Under the pieces are notes generated by a model. It worked only from the letters and a program-made list of their open reading frames with translations. It was not told the origin of the DNA and did no database searches. This document shows, in pieces, positions 1-14,399 of a stretch of DNA of 64,000 bases. How positions within the stretch are numbered: position 1 is the first letter of the stretch; each line of letters opens with the position of its first letter. Source of the DNA: Hypanus sabinus. Its lineage: Eukaryota. The DNA lies in NCBI RefSeq assembly GCF_030144855.1, contig NC_082736.1, positions 16,926,001 to 16,990,000 of the forward strand, in the 5' to 3' direction. The position numbers were made by a program, and so were the translations under genes.

Positions 1-1029
1 CTTTCAGCCCATTTTTCCAGCTGGTCCGAATCCCACATCAAGATTTGCTAGCCTTCCTTGCTGTCACCTGCATCCCTAATCTTGGTGTCATCTGCAAACA
101 TAGTTTACCTCATTAATACAGATGGAAAACGACAATGGACCCAGCACCGGGAAGGTCAACCAGTGCAGGATGAACACAGTAATGACAGGTTGCTGGGAAG
201 TGTTCATCAACAGAGACTTTGTGTGTTTCTGCCTCCATCACCTCCTCTGGTAGCTCATTTGGGATACCAGCTATTCTGTGTGTGAAATGTTTACCTGCCA
301 ATCCCCTTTAAACCTCCATCCTCTCATCTTAAAACTAATCCCTTTAGTTTCAGACACCCATGCCAAGGGAAACAGTCTGTGTCCCTCTAACATCTGTATG
401 ATTCAGATAATTTTATCTGCCTCCATCTCCTCACCCCTCAGCTCCTCTTAACACCTCCTCTCTGTCACTTTAAAAATAATCCCTCCAGTTTTAGGAAGTA
501 GAAAGCTGTTTCTTCCATAGAAGACCTTGGGAGTGAGGTTTTCTCTTCACCCATCCCCAGCAGCCTTTGTTCCATGAAACAGGATCTCTGTCCCCTGCAC
601 CAGCTCCTCAGTGACACATTCATCAGTGGTATTGTTCTATATCTCCCTGCACTGACAAGTGTCACTGGGAGTGACACAGAGCTTACTGCCCTGCAGATTC
701 TGCTTTTTAATTTCTGTCTTATTTCTGTAAATTATCTGCACAGGACCACATTCCCCCCTTCTCCCTATGTTGTTAGTAACAACATGCACCGTTTCCCATG
801 ATGTCCGGCTGATCAACCTTCCCTTTGAAATGTTCTGCAGCTGCTCCCGGACCATTGGAGCAGCTGGAATAGGCCATTTGGCCCATACAGTCTGCTGGGA
901 ATAAGTGATCATGACAGATATCATATTCCCCTCAACCCCATTCTTTTCCGTTTTGTCCATAACTCCACAAACAAGAACTTCTGCCTTCAATATATCCAAT
1001 GGCTTGTCCATATCTGTCTGTGGCAATGA

Positions 1030-1830
1030 ATTCCACAGATGTACTACTCTTTACTAAAGTAATTTCTCCTTATCTCTGTTCTAAAGCGGTGTAATAATAT
1101 TCTGAGGCTGAGCCCTTTGACTCTAGACTCCCCCATATAAAAAAATCCTCCCCATATCCATTCTATCTATCAGTATTCGAGTGGTTTCAATGAGATGACC
1201 CCTCATTCTTCTAAACTCCGTTGAATCCAGGCTCAGAGCTGTTAAACAGTGCAAATGCATTAACCATTTCATTGCTGGGATCATTCTTGTGAATCTCCTC
1301 TGGACCCTCTCCTGTGCTGGCACATCCTTTTTTTTGATAAGGAACCCAAAACTGCTCACAATACTCCAAATGTGATTGGACAAATGCCTTATCAATCCTC
1401 AGCTTCTGTGTAATATAATCATTCTGAATAATCATCCTTGCTTCTGTCTACTCGTCCTCTCAAAATGAATGGTAACACTGCATTTGTCTTCCTTACCACC
1501 AACGCAACCACCATATTTATCTTTAGGAAATCCTGCACATCTGAGATGTCCCTGACTGTGATACCCAGGAGGCGACACACTACCCTGCTATCTCCCTTGC
1601 TGCCACAGAAGCTCCTGCACATCTCCTGTACTGTGAGTCTGCTGTCATCACTGCTCTGCTTGACCTTTCCTCTCGTGTAGCATCGGTCTGGGGTCTCAGT
1701 ATCGCTGACCTGATGGGCTGCTCTCTCTGGTTTGTCATCCTTCCAGGGGTATCCAAAGGAGTGTATTTGTTGCTGAAGGTCACGGCCACAGGGAGACATT
1801 ACTCTGCCTGTCTCTTCCCCTTTCCGTCAT
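1030..1830 (-). mobile_element. CR1 fragments (ORF2 3' end and ORF1 esterase)
   Basis: ERVQRRFTRMIP; FCGSKGDSRVVC..GITVRDISD (ORF1 SGNH/GDSL-like). Confidence 0.75.
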
Positions 1831-2419
1831 GGTGGTCACACAACAATCTGCAGACTGACCTCAGGTGTGACCAACTCACTGAATCCTGGTTGATCTTGGG
1901 TCCATCCATCTCCAGCTCCATTTCCTTCTCATGGGCAGTCACATTTTGAATATATTCTACCAAATTTCCAGGAGTCCACGTGTCTTCAAGCTGTCGCACA
2001 TCTAATAGTTCCATAAACTTCAACAAGGTCTTCATCAACCTCCTTCACTGCAGTCCCAGCCCGTCCAGTCTTTCCTTGTTACTCAAGCCCCCAGTTCAGG
2101 CGACATTCCTGTGATTATTTTCTGCAGCTTTCCAGCTTAATGACATGCTTCCTACAGTACGGTGACCAAATCTGCACAGGGTTCTGTTGCTGTGACCTAA
2201 TTAATGAATTTTAAGACTGTAATGTGATGTCCCAACTCCTCTCAGTGCCTTAGAGAATAAATGTAAGCATGTTGTTCACCTTCTTCAACACTGTCTACCT
2301 GTGTTGCCACTTTCAGGGAACTATATACCTGTATCCCAAAGTTCCCCTGTTCATTCAGACTCCTCAGGACCTCTGCCATTCACTGTGTATGTCCAGACCT
2401 GCTTTAACCTCTCCAAATG

Positions 2420-5365
2420 CATCACTGTGCACAATAGAGTAAAGAGAATCACAGGGGTACAAGAAAGGTGCTGACCAAAATTGATCTGAAAAGAACACAG
2501 GCAAGTATGGCGGCAGAGCAGCAATGGCTGGAATTTGTGAAAGCAATTCGGAAGGTATGGGATATACACATCACAATGAGGAAGAAGTATTCCAATGTCA
2601 AGATGACACAAACGTGGCTAACAAGAGAAGTCAAAGGCAACATAAAAGTCAGAGAGAGGGCATAATGTAGAGTAAAAATCAGTGGGACATTTCAGGATTC
2701 AGAAGCTTTTCAAAGCCAACATCAGGCAGCTGAAGTCATTAAGAAAGAAAATATGGAAAATCAAAGGTAAAGAGAGGCGAGAGTACATATTGGACCATTA
2801 AAAACTATGCTGGAGTGGTAGTAATGGTGGAAAAATTGATTAAGTATTTTGCATCAGTCTTTGTTGTTGAAGACACTTGCAGTGTGCTAGGGTAGGAACT
2901 GTGTGAAGTTGTCAGTACTAGGGAGAATGTTGTTTGGAAATTCAAAGGTCTGAGAGTAGATACATCACCTGGACTAGATGGTCTGGGCCCTGGGATTCTA
3001 AGAGAGGTGCTTGACAAGATTGTGGACGCATTATTAATGATGTTTAAAGAATCAATTGACATTGACGGCATGGTTCCAGAGGAACGGAAAATTGCAAATA
3101 TTGCTCCAAGAAGGAAGAGAGTCAGAAGAAAGAAAATTATAGGGCAGTTAATCTGACCAGGGTGGTTGGGAAGATGTTAGAGGCAATTATTAAGGATATG
3201 GTTTTGGGATACTTGGGCCATAGTCAGCATGGTTTCCTCAAGGGAAAATCTTGCCTGACAAATCTGTTGAAATTCTTTGAAGAACTAACAAGGAAGATCG
3301 GTGGATGTTGTGTACTTTGGATTTTCAGAAGGCCTTTGACACATGAGGCTGCTGAGCAAGTGTAGCAGGCAGTGAAGGCTAATGGAATGTTGGCCTTTGT
3401 TACAAAGGGAATTGAGTACAAGAGCAAGGAAATACTTTTGCATTTGTACAGGGCCCTGGTGAGACAACACCTGGAGTATTGTGTACAGCATTGGTCTCCA
3501 GGGTTAAGGAAGGACATCCTGGCTGTAGAGGAAGTGCAGCGTAGATTCACAAGGTTAATTCCTGGGATGTCTGGCCTGTCTTACACAGAGAGGTTAGAGA
3601 GACTGGGCTTGTACACGCTGGAATTAAGGAGATTGAGAGGGGATCTGATTGCAACATATAAGATTTCTAAGGGATTGGACAAGATAGAGGCAGGAAATAT
3701 GTTCCAGATGCTGGGAGAGTCCAGTACCAGAGGGCATGGTTTAAGAATAAGGGGTAGGTCATTTAGGACAGAGTTAAGGAAAAACTTCTTCTCCCAGAGA
3801 GTTGTGGGGGTGTGGAATGGACTGCTTCAGAAGGCAGTGGAGGCCAATTCTCTGGATGCTTTCAAGAAGGAGCTGGATAGATATCTTATGGATAGGGGAA
3901 TCAAGGGATATGGGGACAAGGCAGGAACCAGGTATTGATAGTAGATGATCAGCCATGATCTCAGAATGGTGGTGCAGGCTCAAAGAGCCGAATGGTCTAC
4001 TTCTGCACCTATTGTCTATTGTCTATAAACAAGTTAACAGCCAGAGATACCATGGGAAATATCTTAGCATGGATAAAGCAGAAGCTAATTGGCAGGAGGC
4101 AAAGAGTGGGAACAAAGGGAGCCTTTTCCAGTTTGTTGCCAGTAATTAGTCATGCTCTGCCCAGGGGTCTGTGTTGGGACGGCTTCTTTTTACCATATAT
4201 AGGAGCAGAATTAGGCTATTTGGCCAATTGAGTCTGCCCCATCACTTCATCATGGCTGATTCAATTGTCCTCTCCTGCCTTCTCCCTGTAACCCTTCAGG
4301 CCCTGACAGGTCCAGGATCTATCAACATGTCAGTGACATGGATGATGATGCAAAGTTTGCAGAGAGGCAGCAGTTTTGATTCAGTAGAAAGGCTAGAAAG
4401 GGACTCAAACAGATTAGGAGAATGGTCAAAGAAGTGGCAGATGGAATACAGTGTCGCTTAAGTTTATGGTCGTGCACTATAGTAGAAGAAATAAAGGTAT
4501 GGACTATTTTCTAAATGGAGTGAAAATTCAAAAATCTGAGTTGCAAATGGACTTAGGAGACCTCATTCAGGATTCCCCAAAAGTTAATTTGCAGGTCGAG
4601 AGGGTGAGGAAAGCAAATGCGATGTTAGCATTCATTTTGAGTTGACAAAATCAAGGGTAAATGTTGAGGTTTTATTAGGCACGAGTGAGGCACATTTGGA
4701 GTAAGTGAAGAGTATTTTGGACCCTTTGTCTTTGAAAGGATGTGCTGATGTTGGAGAGGGTTCAAAGGGGGTTCACAAAAGTGATACCAGGATTGAAAGG
4801 CTTGAAGTATGAAGACCATTTGAAAGCTCAGGGCCTTTATGCACTGGAATTCGAAGAATGAGGGATGACCTCATTGAAACCTATTGAATTTTGAAAGGGC
4901 TGAATGCGGAGAGGAAGTTTCCTAAAGTGGGGGAGTCTTAAGAACTGAGGGCAGTCTTTTTGGAAAGGGGATGAGCAGCAGCTTCTTCAGCCTAAGAATG
5001 GTGAATCTGTGGAACAAAACACAAAATTCTGGAGCAATTCAGCAGGTCAGGCAGCATCTATGGAAAACAAAACAGTCAACATTTCGAGCCAAGACTTTTC
5101 AATAGGACTGGAGGGGAAAAAAGTATATTAAAAGATGGGGGGATGGGAATCTATGGAATTCCTTGCCACAGGAGGCTATGGTGGTCAAGTCATTGGGTAT
5201 TTTTAAGGCAGAGGTTGATAGATTCTTGTTTAGTCAGCACATGAAGGGATACGAGGAGAAGGCAGGAGATTGGGGCTAAGAGGCAAAATGGATCAGCCAT
5301 GATGATATTGCAGATCAGATTCGATGGGCCAAATGGCCTAATTCTGCTCCTCTATCTTATGGTCT
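2420..5365 (+). mobile_element. Old CR1 LINE ORF2 with nested insertions
   Basis: SQHGFLKGKSCLTNLL, WSKKWQMEY, RKANAMLAFI, and a CR1 3'UTR ending ATCTTATGGTCT. Confidence 0.85.
3365..4026 (+). mobile_element. Younger 5'-truncated CR1 inserted in the older CR1
   Basis: Uninterrupted 188-aa ORF2 C-terminus (HLEYCVQHWSP...LRRLRGDLI...RKNFFSQRVV); (CTATTGT)n tail. Confidence 0.88.
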
Positions 5366-5544
5366 GACACTGTAACAACAATTGTCTATTTCTGCAGCAA
5401 TAAAAATCAATGCAGTATTCACTTTCTGGAAGTTGTTCATGTCTGATCTAATGAACCTCTCACTAAATCCACATCTGTTTTTGTTGTGCAGGACACCTGC
5501 ACTATCTCAGTTTCCCACTTACAACTTCTCTGCACAATAATACT

Positions 5545-6090
5545 GTGAGAGGCTTCCTTTGGTCAGGGTAGACCATGGATTTTGTGTCCTAGCTGTTTAG
5601 ATACACAAGCCTGGGCAGTATAATATGGAGAGCAAATTGTTGCCAATATAGCGAGCTCTCCCTTTCTATGCATTGGTGAACCCAAAGGAATGGCAGAGAC
5701 AGATACAGTTTGGCACCAGCAGCATCACTGGAGTTGCCAGTCAATGTTGAACTGAATGTAGGACTGCCTGAGGAACTCCAGCTCCAGATTTTTTTCCTTG
5801 GGGTTTTACTCCGAAAGTCTTCCCCATGAGTGAGTACAGCCATAATTCAGCCAAGATTTGAGAGTTTTGCTTCTAGATAAGCTGCCAACCACACGAATGA
5901 AACCCCATCTGCCCAAAGAGACTGGTTTTAATAAAGCTGGTAGAAATGGTTCTGCTGAGTTTATTAGCTGAGGCACATGTCAAGCCCTGGAGCTGGACTT
6001 GGTTGGCAGAGGCTATTTGGGGTGAACATCATTGGGAGTTTTTAATAAGTAGTGGGAATTGGTCCAATTACCACCTCTGTCTGTAACAAC
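5545..6090 (-). mobile_element. RTE-like LINE/SINE 5' region
   Basis: Homologous to 49550-49810 (+) and 50430-50640. Includes the GGCAGCTYATCTAG..AAAAC motif that I associate with RTE 5'UTRs. Confidence 0.5.
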
Positions 6091-7019
6091 CTGAAGGAAC
6101 ATAAATTATAGTTAATTATACATATCTGCTCACACCATTACATGTTCCCACATTAAACTCCATTCACCAAGTATTCTACTCAGCCAGCTTCTCCCTATCC
6201 TCTTCCCACCTCACACCTTTCTTTAGGTCGGCAGATCACTAAAATATGTCAATTTCATTTGATCACATGAATCTTTACTAAGTAACTTGTTATTTCTGCA
6301 TTCATCACAGACTCCTGCACCTCACCAACCATAGATGTGAAGTTAACAGGACCACAGTCACTTGGTTTTGTCTTCCGCCCTATTTCAAAAATGGATTTCC
6401 ACTCCACTGAGACCTTCCTGGCACACAGTGAGTTTTACTAAGTTCTATCAGCACCTTCTTTACAGCCACTCTCTGTGAAACCCTTGAATGCAGGTCATTG
6501 GGACCTGGTAATGTTTGCTTTTAGTCCCATTAGATTTTCCTTCCTCATGCCGATTGTTACATATTATTAGTGTTAAAATGTCACCATTAGATATCTGTGG
6601 GATGCTTGCTGTGTCCCCACTGTGAACACCAAAGCAAATTATTGAGTCAACTTATCTGTTTTTTCCTTGTTAGTTTTAGTTTTTGACTCTCATCGCTGGT
6701 TCCTGAAAAAATCCCAGTCCTCTAGTCTACCAGCAGCCATTGCCTCTTCATCTATTCTTTGATTTTGTGTTTTCCTCTACTGTACCCGGTTGATTAGTTT
6801 AATCAATACATGGTTTGAGGCAAACATGGACAAGATGCTGGAGGAACTCAGCAGAAACCTGACATTTCGGGGTGAGAACCTTCGCCAGGACTAAAAATAA
6901 AGGGCAGAAGCCAGTGGGAGGGGTGTGGATTACAAGGCAGGTAAGACCAGGTGAAGGGCAAGGTGTTTTTTTGGGGGGAGGGGTGGTGATGTGAGATGCT
7001 AGAAGGAGATTGGTGTAAG

Positions 7020-10000
7020 ACCATAAGACTTTGGGGCAGAATTAGGCCATTCAGCCCAGCGACTCTGCCATTTCATTACGGCTGATCCCAGATACCATTC
7101 AACCCCTTCTCGCCATTACCTTTGATGCACTGACCAATCAGGAAACTTTCAACCTCTGCTTTAAATATACCCACAGACTTGGCCTCCACCAGAGTCTGTG
7201 GCAGAGCATTCCACAGAATCACTACTCTCTGGCTAAAAAGAAATCCTCTTTACCTCCTATTTGAAAGGTTACCCCTCAATTTTGAGGCTGCGCCCTCTGG
7301 ACCTGGCTATCCCCATGATAGGAAGGAGCCTCCCCATATCCACCTTATCCAGTCCTTTCAATATTCAGTAGGTTGCAATGTCATTCCCCCCACCACCCCA
7401 CATTCTTCTGAGTTCCAGTGAGTACAGGCCTAAAGCTGCCAAATGCTCTTCCTGTGTTAGCCTTCATTCCCGGAGCCTCCTCTGGAATCTCTCCAATGCC
7501 AATGCATCCTTTCAGAGGTATGGGGTCCAAAGTTGTTGACAGTACTCCAAGTGTGGCCTCACTAGTGTCTTTTAAAGCCTCAGCATTATCTCCTTGCTTT
7601 TATGTTCTATTCCCTTTGAAATAAATGCCAACATTGCATTTGCCTTCTTTACCACAGACACAACCTGGAGACATTCTGGAGCTTTCACGAGGATCCTAAG
7701 TCCCTTTGTACCTCCAATGTTTGAACTTTCTACCCCATTTAGATGAGTATGCACTGTCGTTCATTTTACCAAAGTGCATTATCAGACATTACCCAGCACT
7801 GTATTCCATCTGCCATTTTCTTGGCCAATCTTCTGATTTATCTAATTCCTGCTGCAATTACATTGCTTCTGCAGCACAACCATCTATCTTTATATCATTC
7901 ACAAGCTTAGCCACAAAATCATCAATTCCACTGTAAATCATTGACAAACAGTGTGGAAAGTAGTGGTCCCAATACTGACCACAGAAGAACACCACTGCAC
8001 TGACCACCAACCAGCAATGGCCTCCTTTATTCCTACACACTGCCTCCTGCCTGTCAGCTATCCCTCTATCTCTGCTAGTATCTTCCCTGTAATGACATAG
8101 GATTTTGTTTTGTTATGCAGTGTCATGTGTGGCACCTTATCAAATGCCTTCTGAAAATCCAAGCAAATAACATTCACTGCCTCTCTTTTGTCCATCCAAC
8201 TTTGTTGTTTACTTGAATTCTAAAAGAATTCCCAGGCATGTTTTTCCCTGGACAGAAACCATGCTGACTTTTACTTACTTTATCATTAGTGTCAGGATCG
8301 CAAAAACTCATGCTTACACTTTCCCAACCACTGAGGTAAGGCTAACTGATCTATAATTTCCTCTCTTTTCCCTTCCTCCCTTCATGAAGAGTGGAATGAC
8401 ATTTGGAATTTTTCAGTTCTCTGGACCTATGCCAGAATCAGGTAATTCTTGAAAGATCATGACTAATGCATCCTTTATCTCTTCAGCATGTTTCCTTGGG
8501 ACTCTCAGTCCATCTGGTCCAGGTGACTTATCCATCTTAAGACCTTTGAGTTTGCCTGGCACTATTTCCTTTGCAAAAGCAATGGCACTCAGTCCTGCTC
8601 CCTGACACTCATGGACCTCTGGCATAGTGCTAGTGTCTTCCCACAGTGAAGGCTGGTATAAAGTACTCATTAAGTTCATCTGCCATTTATTTGTCCTCCA
8701 TTACTCCCATATCAGCATGTTTCCTGTTGTCCAATATCAACTCTCACCTCCCTTTTACTCTTTACATTACTGAATAAAATCTTTTAATATCTTGCTTTAT
8801 AGTATTGGCTTATTTACTCTCATTTTCTTTTCCCTTCTTCAGCTTTTTTTGTTGCCTTTTGTTGGATTTTGAAAGCTTTCCAATCATTGAACTTCTGCTG
8901 GTATCCTGCTCTAATCCACCTGCACAAGCTCCTCTTTCACTCCCTTTATTCCATTGCGATACTGATACATCTGACTTGTGCTTCTCCCTCTCAAATTACA
9001 GTATGAATTCAATTATATTATGAATACAGACTCCTAAGGGCTCCTGTACATTAAGCTCCCTAATAACATCTGGGTTATTTTACAGCACACAATCTAAGAT
9101 AGACTTTCCCCTAGTAGACTCAAGTACAGGATGCTCTAAAAATCCATCACGTAGTCATTTAATAAATTCCTTCTCTTGAGAAATGACACCAGCCTGATTT
9201 TTCCCAATCCAATTGCAATCTGGTCCCCTATTTAAATTGTGACATGCCTTTGTTCCAGTTCCCTTTACATTCTCAAATCCACACCTTGGCTACTATTTGA
9301 TGGCCTATATATGATTCCCATAATGATCTTTTCCCCTTAGTTTCTTAACTCCTTCCACAAATATTCAACATCCTCTGACCTTGTCACCTCTTTCTACAGA
9401 TGTAATTCCATCTGTTATCAACAGAGCCACACCACCGCCTATGCCATTCAACCTGCTCTCTCAATACGAAGTATATTCATTGATGTTCAGCTCCCAACTA
9501 TGGCCTTCTTTCAACCATAACTCAGTGATGCCCACAACATCATACTGACCAACCTCAAATTTTGCCACAAGTATGTCCTACCTTTTCCCAAATACTCTGC
9601 ATTTTTAAATACAGTACCTTCAGTCCTGTATTCTTCACTTGAAATTTGCCTCTGTTCTACAATTCAACCTTTTACTCTGTCTGCATTTGTACCAAATCAA
9701 TGGCTTGTCCTTCCTTACTTTACTGTTATACCCATCAACTACTTGTAAACTTGCTCCCTCATCCTCAGCCCTGTCATACGTCGGGAAATCACTAGGGGCT
9801 TTCCACCGTTTGCTATCCTGTACCTCACCTGTCGCTAAGGATGATTTAAAAATCTCTGCCAGGGCCCCTGCAATTTCAGCACTTGCTAACTGCATAGTCT
9901 GCGGGAACACCTTATCAGGCCCCGGGGATCTGTCCACTTTAGTTTGCCTCAAGACAGCCAACACCTCTTCCTATGGAAGCTGGCTGGGGTCCATGACCTC

Positions 10001-10380
10001 ATTGCTGCTTTGCCTCACTTCTACAGACTCTGAGTCTGTTTCCCGTATAAATACAGATGCAAAAATATCCTTTTAAGATCTCCCCCATGTCTTTTTGCTC
10101 AATGCATAGCTTGCCATTCTGATATTCAGAAGACCAATTATGTCCCTTGCCATCCTTTTGCTCTCATCATATCTGTAGAATCCCTTATGATTCTCATTCA
10201 CCTTGTCTTCTACGGCAACCTCACGCCTTCTTTTAGTCCTGATTTCCTTCTTAAGAGTTCTGTTTCATTTCTTATACTCTGTTAGCACCTCATTTGTTCC
10301 TACCTATGTAAACCTGCTGCGGACCTCTTTATCTTCCTAAACAGGACCCCAATATCCCTTGAAAACCAAGGTTCTTCAAA
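7020..10380 (-). mobile_element. Long degenerate CR1 ORF2 (EN-RT) copies
   Basis: KKANAMLAFISKG, DKSPGPDG, DRSPGPD, with endonuclease remnants near 9000-9620. Confidence 0.8.
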
Positions 10381-10384
10381 CTTA

Positions 10385-11530
10385 ACAAGAGAAAATCTAC
10401 AGATGCTGGAAATCCAAGCAACCCACACAAAATGCTGGAGGAATTCAGCAGTTCAGGCAACATCTATGGAAAAAGTACAGTTGTTTTTGTCGGTACGCGA
10501 CCCTTTGGCAGAACTGGAAAAAAGATGAGTAGATTTAAAAGGTGGGGGGGGGGGAGTGGTGAGAGAAGCACAAGGGGATAGGTGAAACTGTGAGTAGGAT
10601 GGATGGTACAGAGCTGGGAAGTTGATTAGTGAAAGAGATACAGGGCTGGAGAAGTGGGTGTCTGATAGGAGAGGGCAGAAGGCCATAGAAGAAAGAAAAA
10701 GATGGAAGGAGCACCGGAGGGAAACGATGAAAAGGGGAGGTGATTGATGAAGGAGGATGGGGGTACTACCAGAATTTTGAGAAATTGATGTTCATGCCAT
10801 AAGATTGGAGGCTACCCAGGCAGAAAATAAGGTGTTGTTCCTCCAACCTGAGTATGGTCTCATCTTGGCAGTACAGGAGGCCATGGATTGACATATCGGA
10901 ATGGGAATGGGAATTGGAATTAAAATGGGTGTCCACTGGGAAATCCCACATCTGGCAGATGTAGCAAAACAGTCTCTCAATCTACGTTGGTTCTCACTGA
11001 TGTATTGGAGACCCCACCAGACACTGTATAATCCCAACAGACAGACAGGTGAAGTGTTGCCTCACCTGGAAGGGGCCATTTAGGGCCCTGAATGGCAGTG
11101 AGGGAGGAGGCGTAGGGGCAGTTGTAGCACTTGTTCCTCTTACAAGTACAAGTGCCAAGAGGGAGATCAGTGGGTAGGGACAAATGGTCAAGGGAGTCAC
11201 GTGGGGGACTGAGCAATCCCTGAGGAAAGTTGGGGGAAAGGAATGTTGGGCTTGGTGGTGGGATCCCGTAGTAGATGGCCCAAGTTCTGGAGAATTATGT
11301 GCTGGATGCGGAGGCTGGAGGGGAGGTAGGTGAGGAGAAGAAGAGCCCTATCCCTGGTATGGTGGCGTGAGGATGGGGTAAGAGCAAACATGTGAGAAAT
11401 GGAAGAGATGCTATTGAGGGCAGCGTTGATGAAGGAGGAAGGGAAGCCCCTTTCTTTGAAAAAGAAGGACATCTCGTTTGTTCTGGAATGAAAAGTCTCA
11501 TCCTGAGAGCAGATGCGGCAGAGGCAGAAC
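10385..11530 (-). mobile_element. Penelope-like element fragment (RT C-terminus, GIY-YIG region, terminal repeat)
   Basis: RICSQDETFHSRTNEMSFFFKERGFP, FQVRQHFTC, RLEEQHLIFCLGSLQ. Terminal repeat with CAAAATGCTGGAGGAA and a decayed hammerhead. Confidence 0.8.
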
Positions 11531-13667
11531 CTGTTCAATTTAACTTTTATTCTGACAGAGAATCTGCAAGAGGGTCTCTGTAAATAATCTATATCCTACT
11601 GTGTTTTTTGATCAATTTTCAAACTGTGTGCAGCTTCACCAGTCTTGGAGTCACCTGTAAGCTTGTAAAGCACCCATCTGCATTTTCACCCAGACATTGA
11701 TATACATCACAAACAACATAATTTCCAGCATTAATCCTTGTGAAACACTACTAGACACGGATCACCAACCAGAATAACAGTCTTCCTACTCTACTCTGCC
11801 TTCTAAATCAAAATTTCAGTTCACCTTGGATCCCATAAATCTTTATCTTCAGAATCTGCTGAGCATGATGGTCCTTTTCAATTACCTTACCAAGGTCCAT
11901 ATCGATAATGTCCACTGTCTTGCCCTCATCAAGCAGTGATATTACCCCCTCAGAAATGCCTGCACAGAGCCAGGTTAACTGTAGGCCATGGTCGTGAAAT
12001 ATGCATAAAACCTGTTACTCCGTATCCTCCCCAGTATCTTCCCTACCACTGACGTGAGGCTCCCTTTTCTATACTTTCATGGATTCTCACTATTTCCCTT
12101 CTTGATGAAGGCACAGAATTTGTTACACCCATTCCTGTGGGACCTCACATGTAACTAGTGATGCCACAAAGTTCCTTGTCAAATCCCCAACAATATCCTC
12201 ACTTGCTTCTTTCACTACTGTAGGATATAAGTCATCAGGTCTGGAGTGTTATCCACCATAATGCTTTTCAGAAGACCTCCTCCTTAACCTCAGCATGTTT
12301 CTCACGTTCACATGTCCCACTCTGTTTTCACTCATTTCGTGGCTCAGCCACTTGCTTCAACTCCAACCACAACATTCCTCCTTTCACCTTGAGTGGACCT
12401 TTTCAATATCTTGTTATTCTCATTTTTTTAATATAAATCAAAAAGTTCCTGAAATTATCTTTGGCATTGCTCATTAAGGGCATTTTGTGGCCCCTTTATG
12501 GCCTTTCCTATCACCTGCTTCAGCAGAAGGAGCTAGATAGATATCTGATGGATAGGGCTTTCAAGAAGGAGCTAGATAGATATCTGATGGATAGCGGAAT
12601 CAAGGGATATGGGGATAAGGCAGGGACTGGGTATTGATAGTGAATGATCAGCCATGATCTCAGAATGGCGGTGCAGACTCTTCTAAGATAATACCTCCAT
12701 ACAAGGTCTGATCTTATTTTCACTCATAACTAGCTAAAAAACTAACATGTGATCACTGTTCCCAAAATGTTCACTGACTGTCAGCTGTTACCTGGCCTGG
12801 GCCATTTCCCAAAACTAATTCCGTATGTTCTCTCCTCTGTCTGGGTTCTGTACATAATGTTTCATACACTCCTCGGATTCACTGAATAAATCTTCCGCAT
12901 TTAAGTATTGAGGAAGATCCAATCAATTCTAGGGAAGAAAATGGCCCCCACTGTGACAACCCTGTTGTTCTGCACCACTCCATGAGCACAAACATATCCA
13001 TGCCTCTGCCCCTGGTGGTTATTGGGGGGCCAATATGATAATCCCATCAGTGTAACTGCAAATTACCTCTTTAAATGAGCCCTACAGTTTGTTGTGACAC
13101 TCCCAGTCGGGTAGCCTCTGCACCTTTTAACCCCCGTCCCACCCGCACTCATGTGTAAAACAATGTCCGTCCAACAACATAATGTTGAAATAATCTCATT
13201 TCAGCGTATCAGTCCCACCATGTTTATTAGCCTGCCCTTTGGTCTGTTACTTCTCAAGCGGTCTTGTCATATATTCTTTCTCAACCCTCCCACATACTGT
13301 GGTTCCCATTCCCCTGCGACTCTCGTCCAAACTTTGCCATGACCCTTGTACCAGAATCCCCAACCACCTCGCACCAGCTCCTCAGCTACCCTTTTATGTG
13401 ACAGTTTTTATTATTTTACCTGCGACCCAGAAGAACAATTGTTCTAATGAATTAACCCTCTCATCACTGGACACTCACCCACCAGCTACTGTGTGTGAGG
13501 GCGCTCGCACTAGTCATGGGGCCAGGGAGGGACACACCGAGCTCCTCGGGGATTTGTAGAATGGAAAAGCACTTCCTATAATTTAAAGCAGCAAATTCCT
13601 AGAACTACTTCAGTGGTGCATGAGGGAGTTTTGTTTTCTCTCTCTGGAGTGTTGTGTGTCGGATAAA

Positions 13668-14322
13668 TAGGACGCACAAAGCAGCTGCGCAGGTTGACTC
13701 TGTGGTTAAGAAGGCGTACGGTGTATTGGCCTTCATCAAACATGGAATTGAATTTAGGAGCCGAGAGATAATGTTGCAGCTGTATAGGACCCTGGTAAGA
13801 CGCCACTTGGAGTACTGTGCTCAGTTCTGGTCGCCTCACTACAGGAAGGATGTGGAAGCCATAGAAAGGGTGCAGAGGAGATTTACAAGGCTGTTGCCTG
13901 GATTGGGGAGCATGCCTTATAAGAATAAGTTGAGTGAACTCTGCCTTTTCTCCTTGGAGCGATGGAGGATGAGAGGTGACGTGATAGAGGTGTATAAGAT
14001 GATGAGAGGCATTGATCGTGTGGATACTCAGAGGCTTTTTCCCAGGGCTGAAATGGTTACAAGAGGACACAGGTTTAAGGTGCTGAGGAGATGTCAGGGG
14101 TAAGTTTTTTACTCAGTGGTGAGTGCGTGGAATGGGCTGCCGGCAATGATGGTGGAGGGGGATGGGTTCTTTTAAGAGACTTTTAGACAGGTATATGGAG
14201 CTTAGTAATATAGAGGGCTACGGGTAAGCCTAGTAATCCCTAATGTAGGGACATGTTCGGCACAACTTTGTGGACGGAAGGGCCTGTATTGTGCGGTAGG
14301 TTTTCTATGTTTCTATCTTTCT
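13668..14322 (+). mobile_element. 5'-truncated CR1
   Basis: VKKAYGVLAFI...HLEYCAQFWSPHYRKD; (TTTCTATG)-like tail. Confidence 0.88.
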
Positions 14323-14399
14323 AAAAACACTTCTTATAATTTAGAAGCAGGAGAATCCCCAGAATCATTCACGTGGTATGTCAGAGAGAGTTTGTCCGG

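Noticed and set aside
3372-3938. 188-aa ORF as a host gene
   Set aside because: CR1 ORF2 C-terminus with a tandem-repeat tail, 5'-truncated and nested in another CR1.
12525-12680. Tandem duplication of about 37 bp (AGAAGGAGCTAGATAGATATCTGATGGATAG)
   Set aside because: 5'-junction stutter of a short truncated CR1; a common integration by-product.
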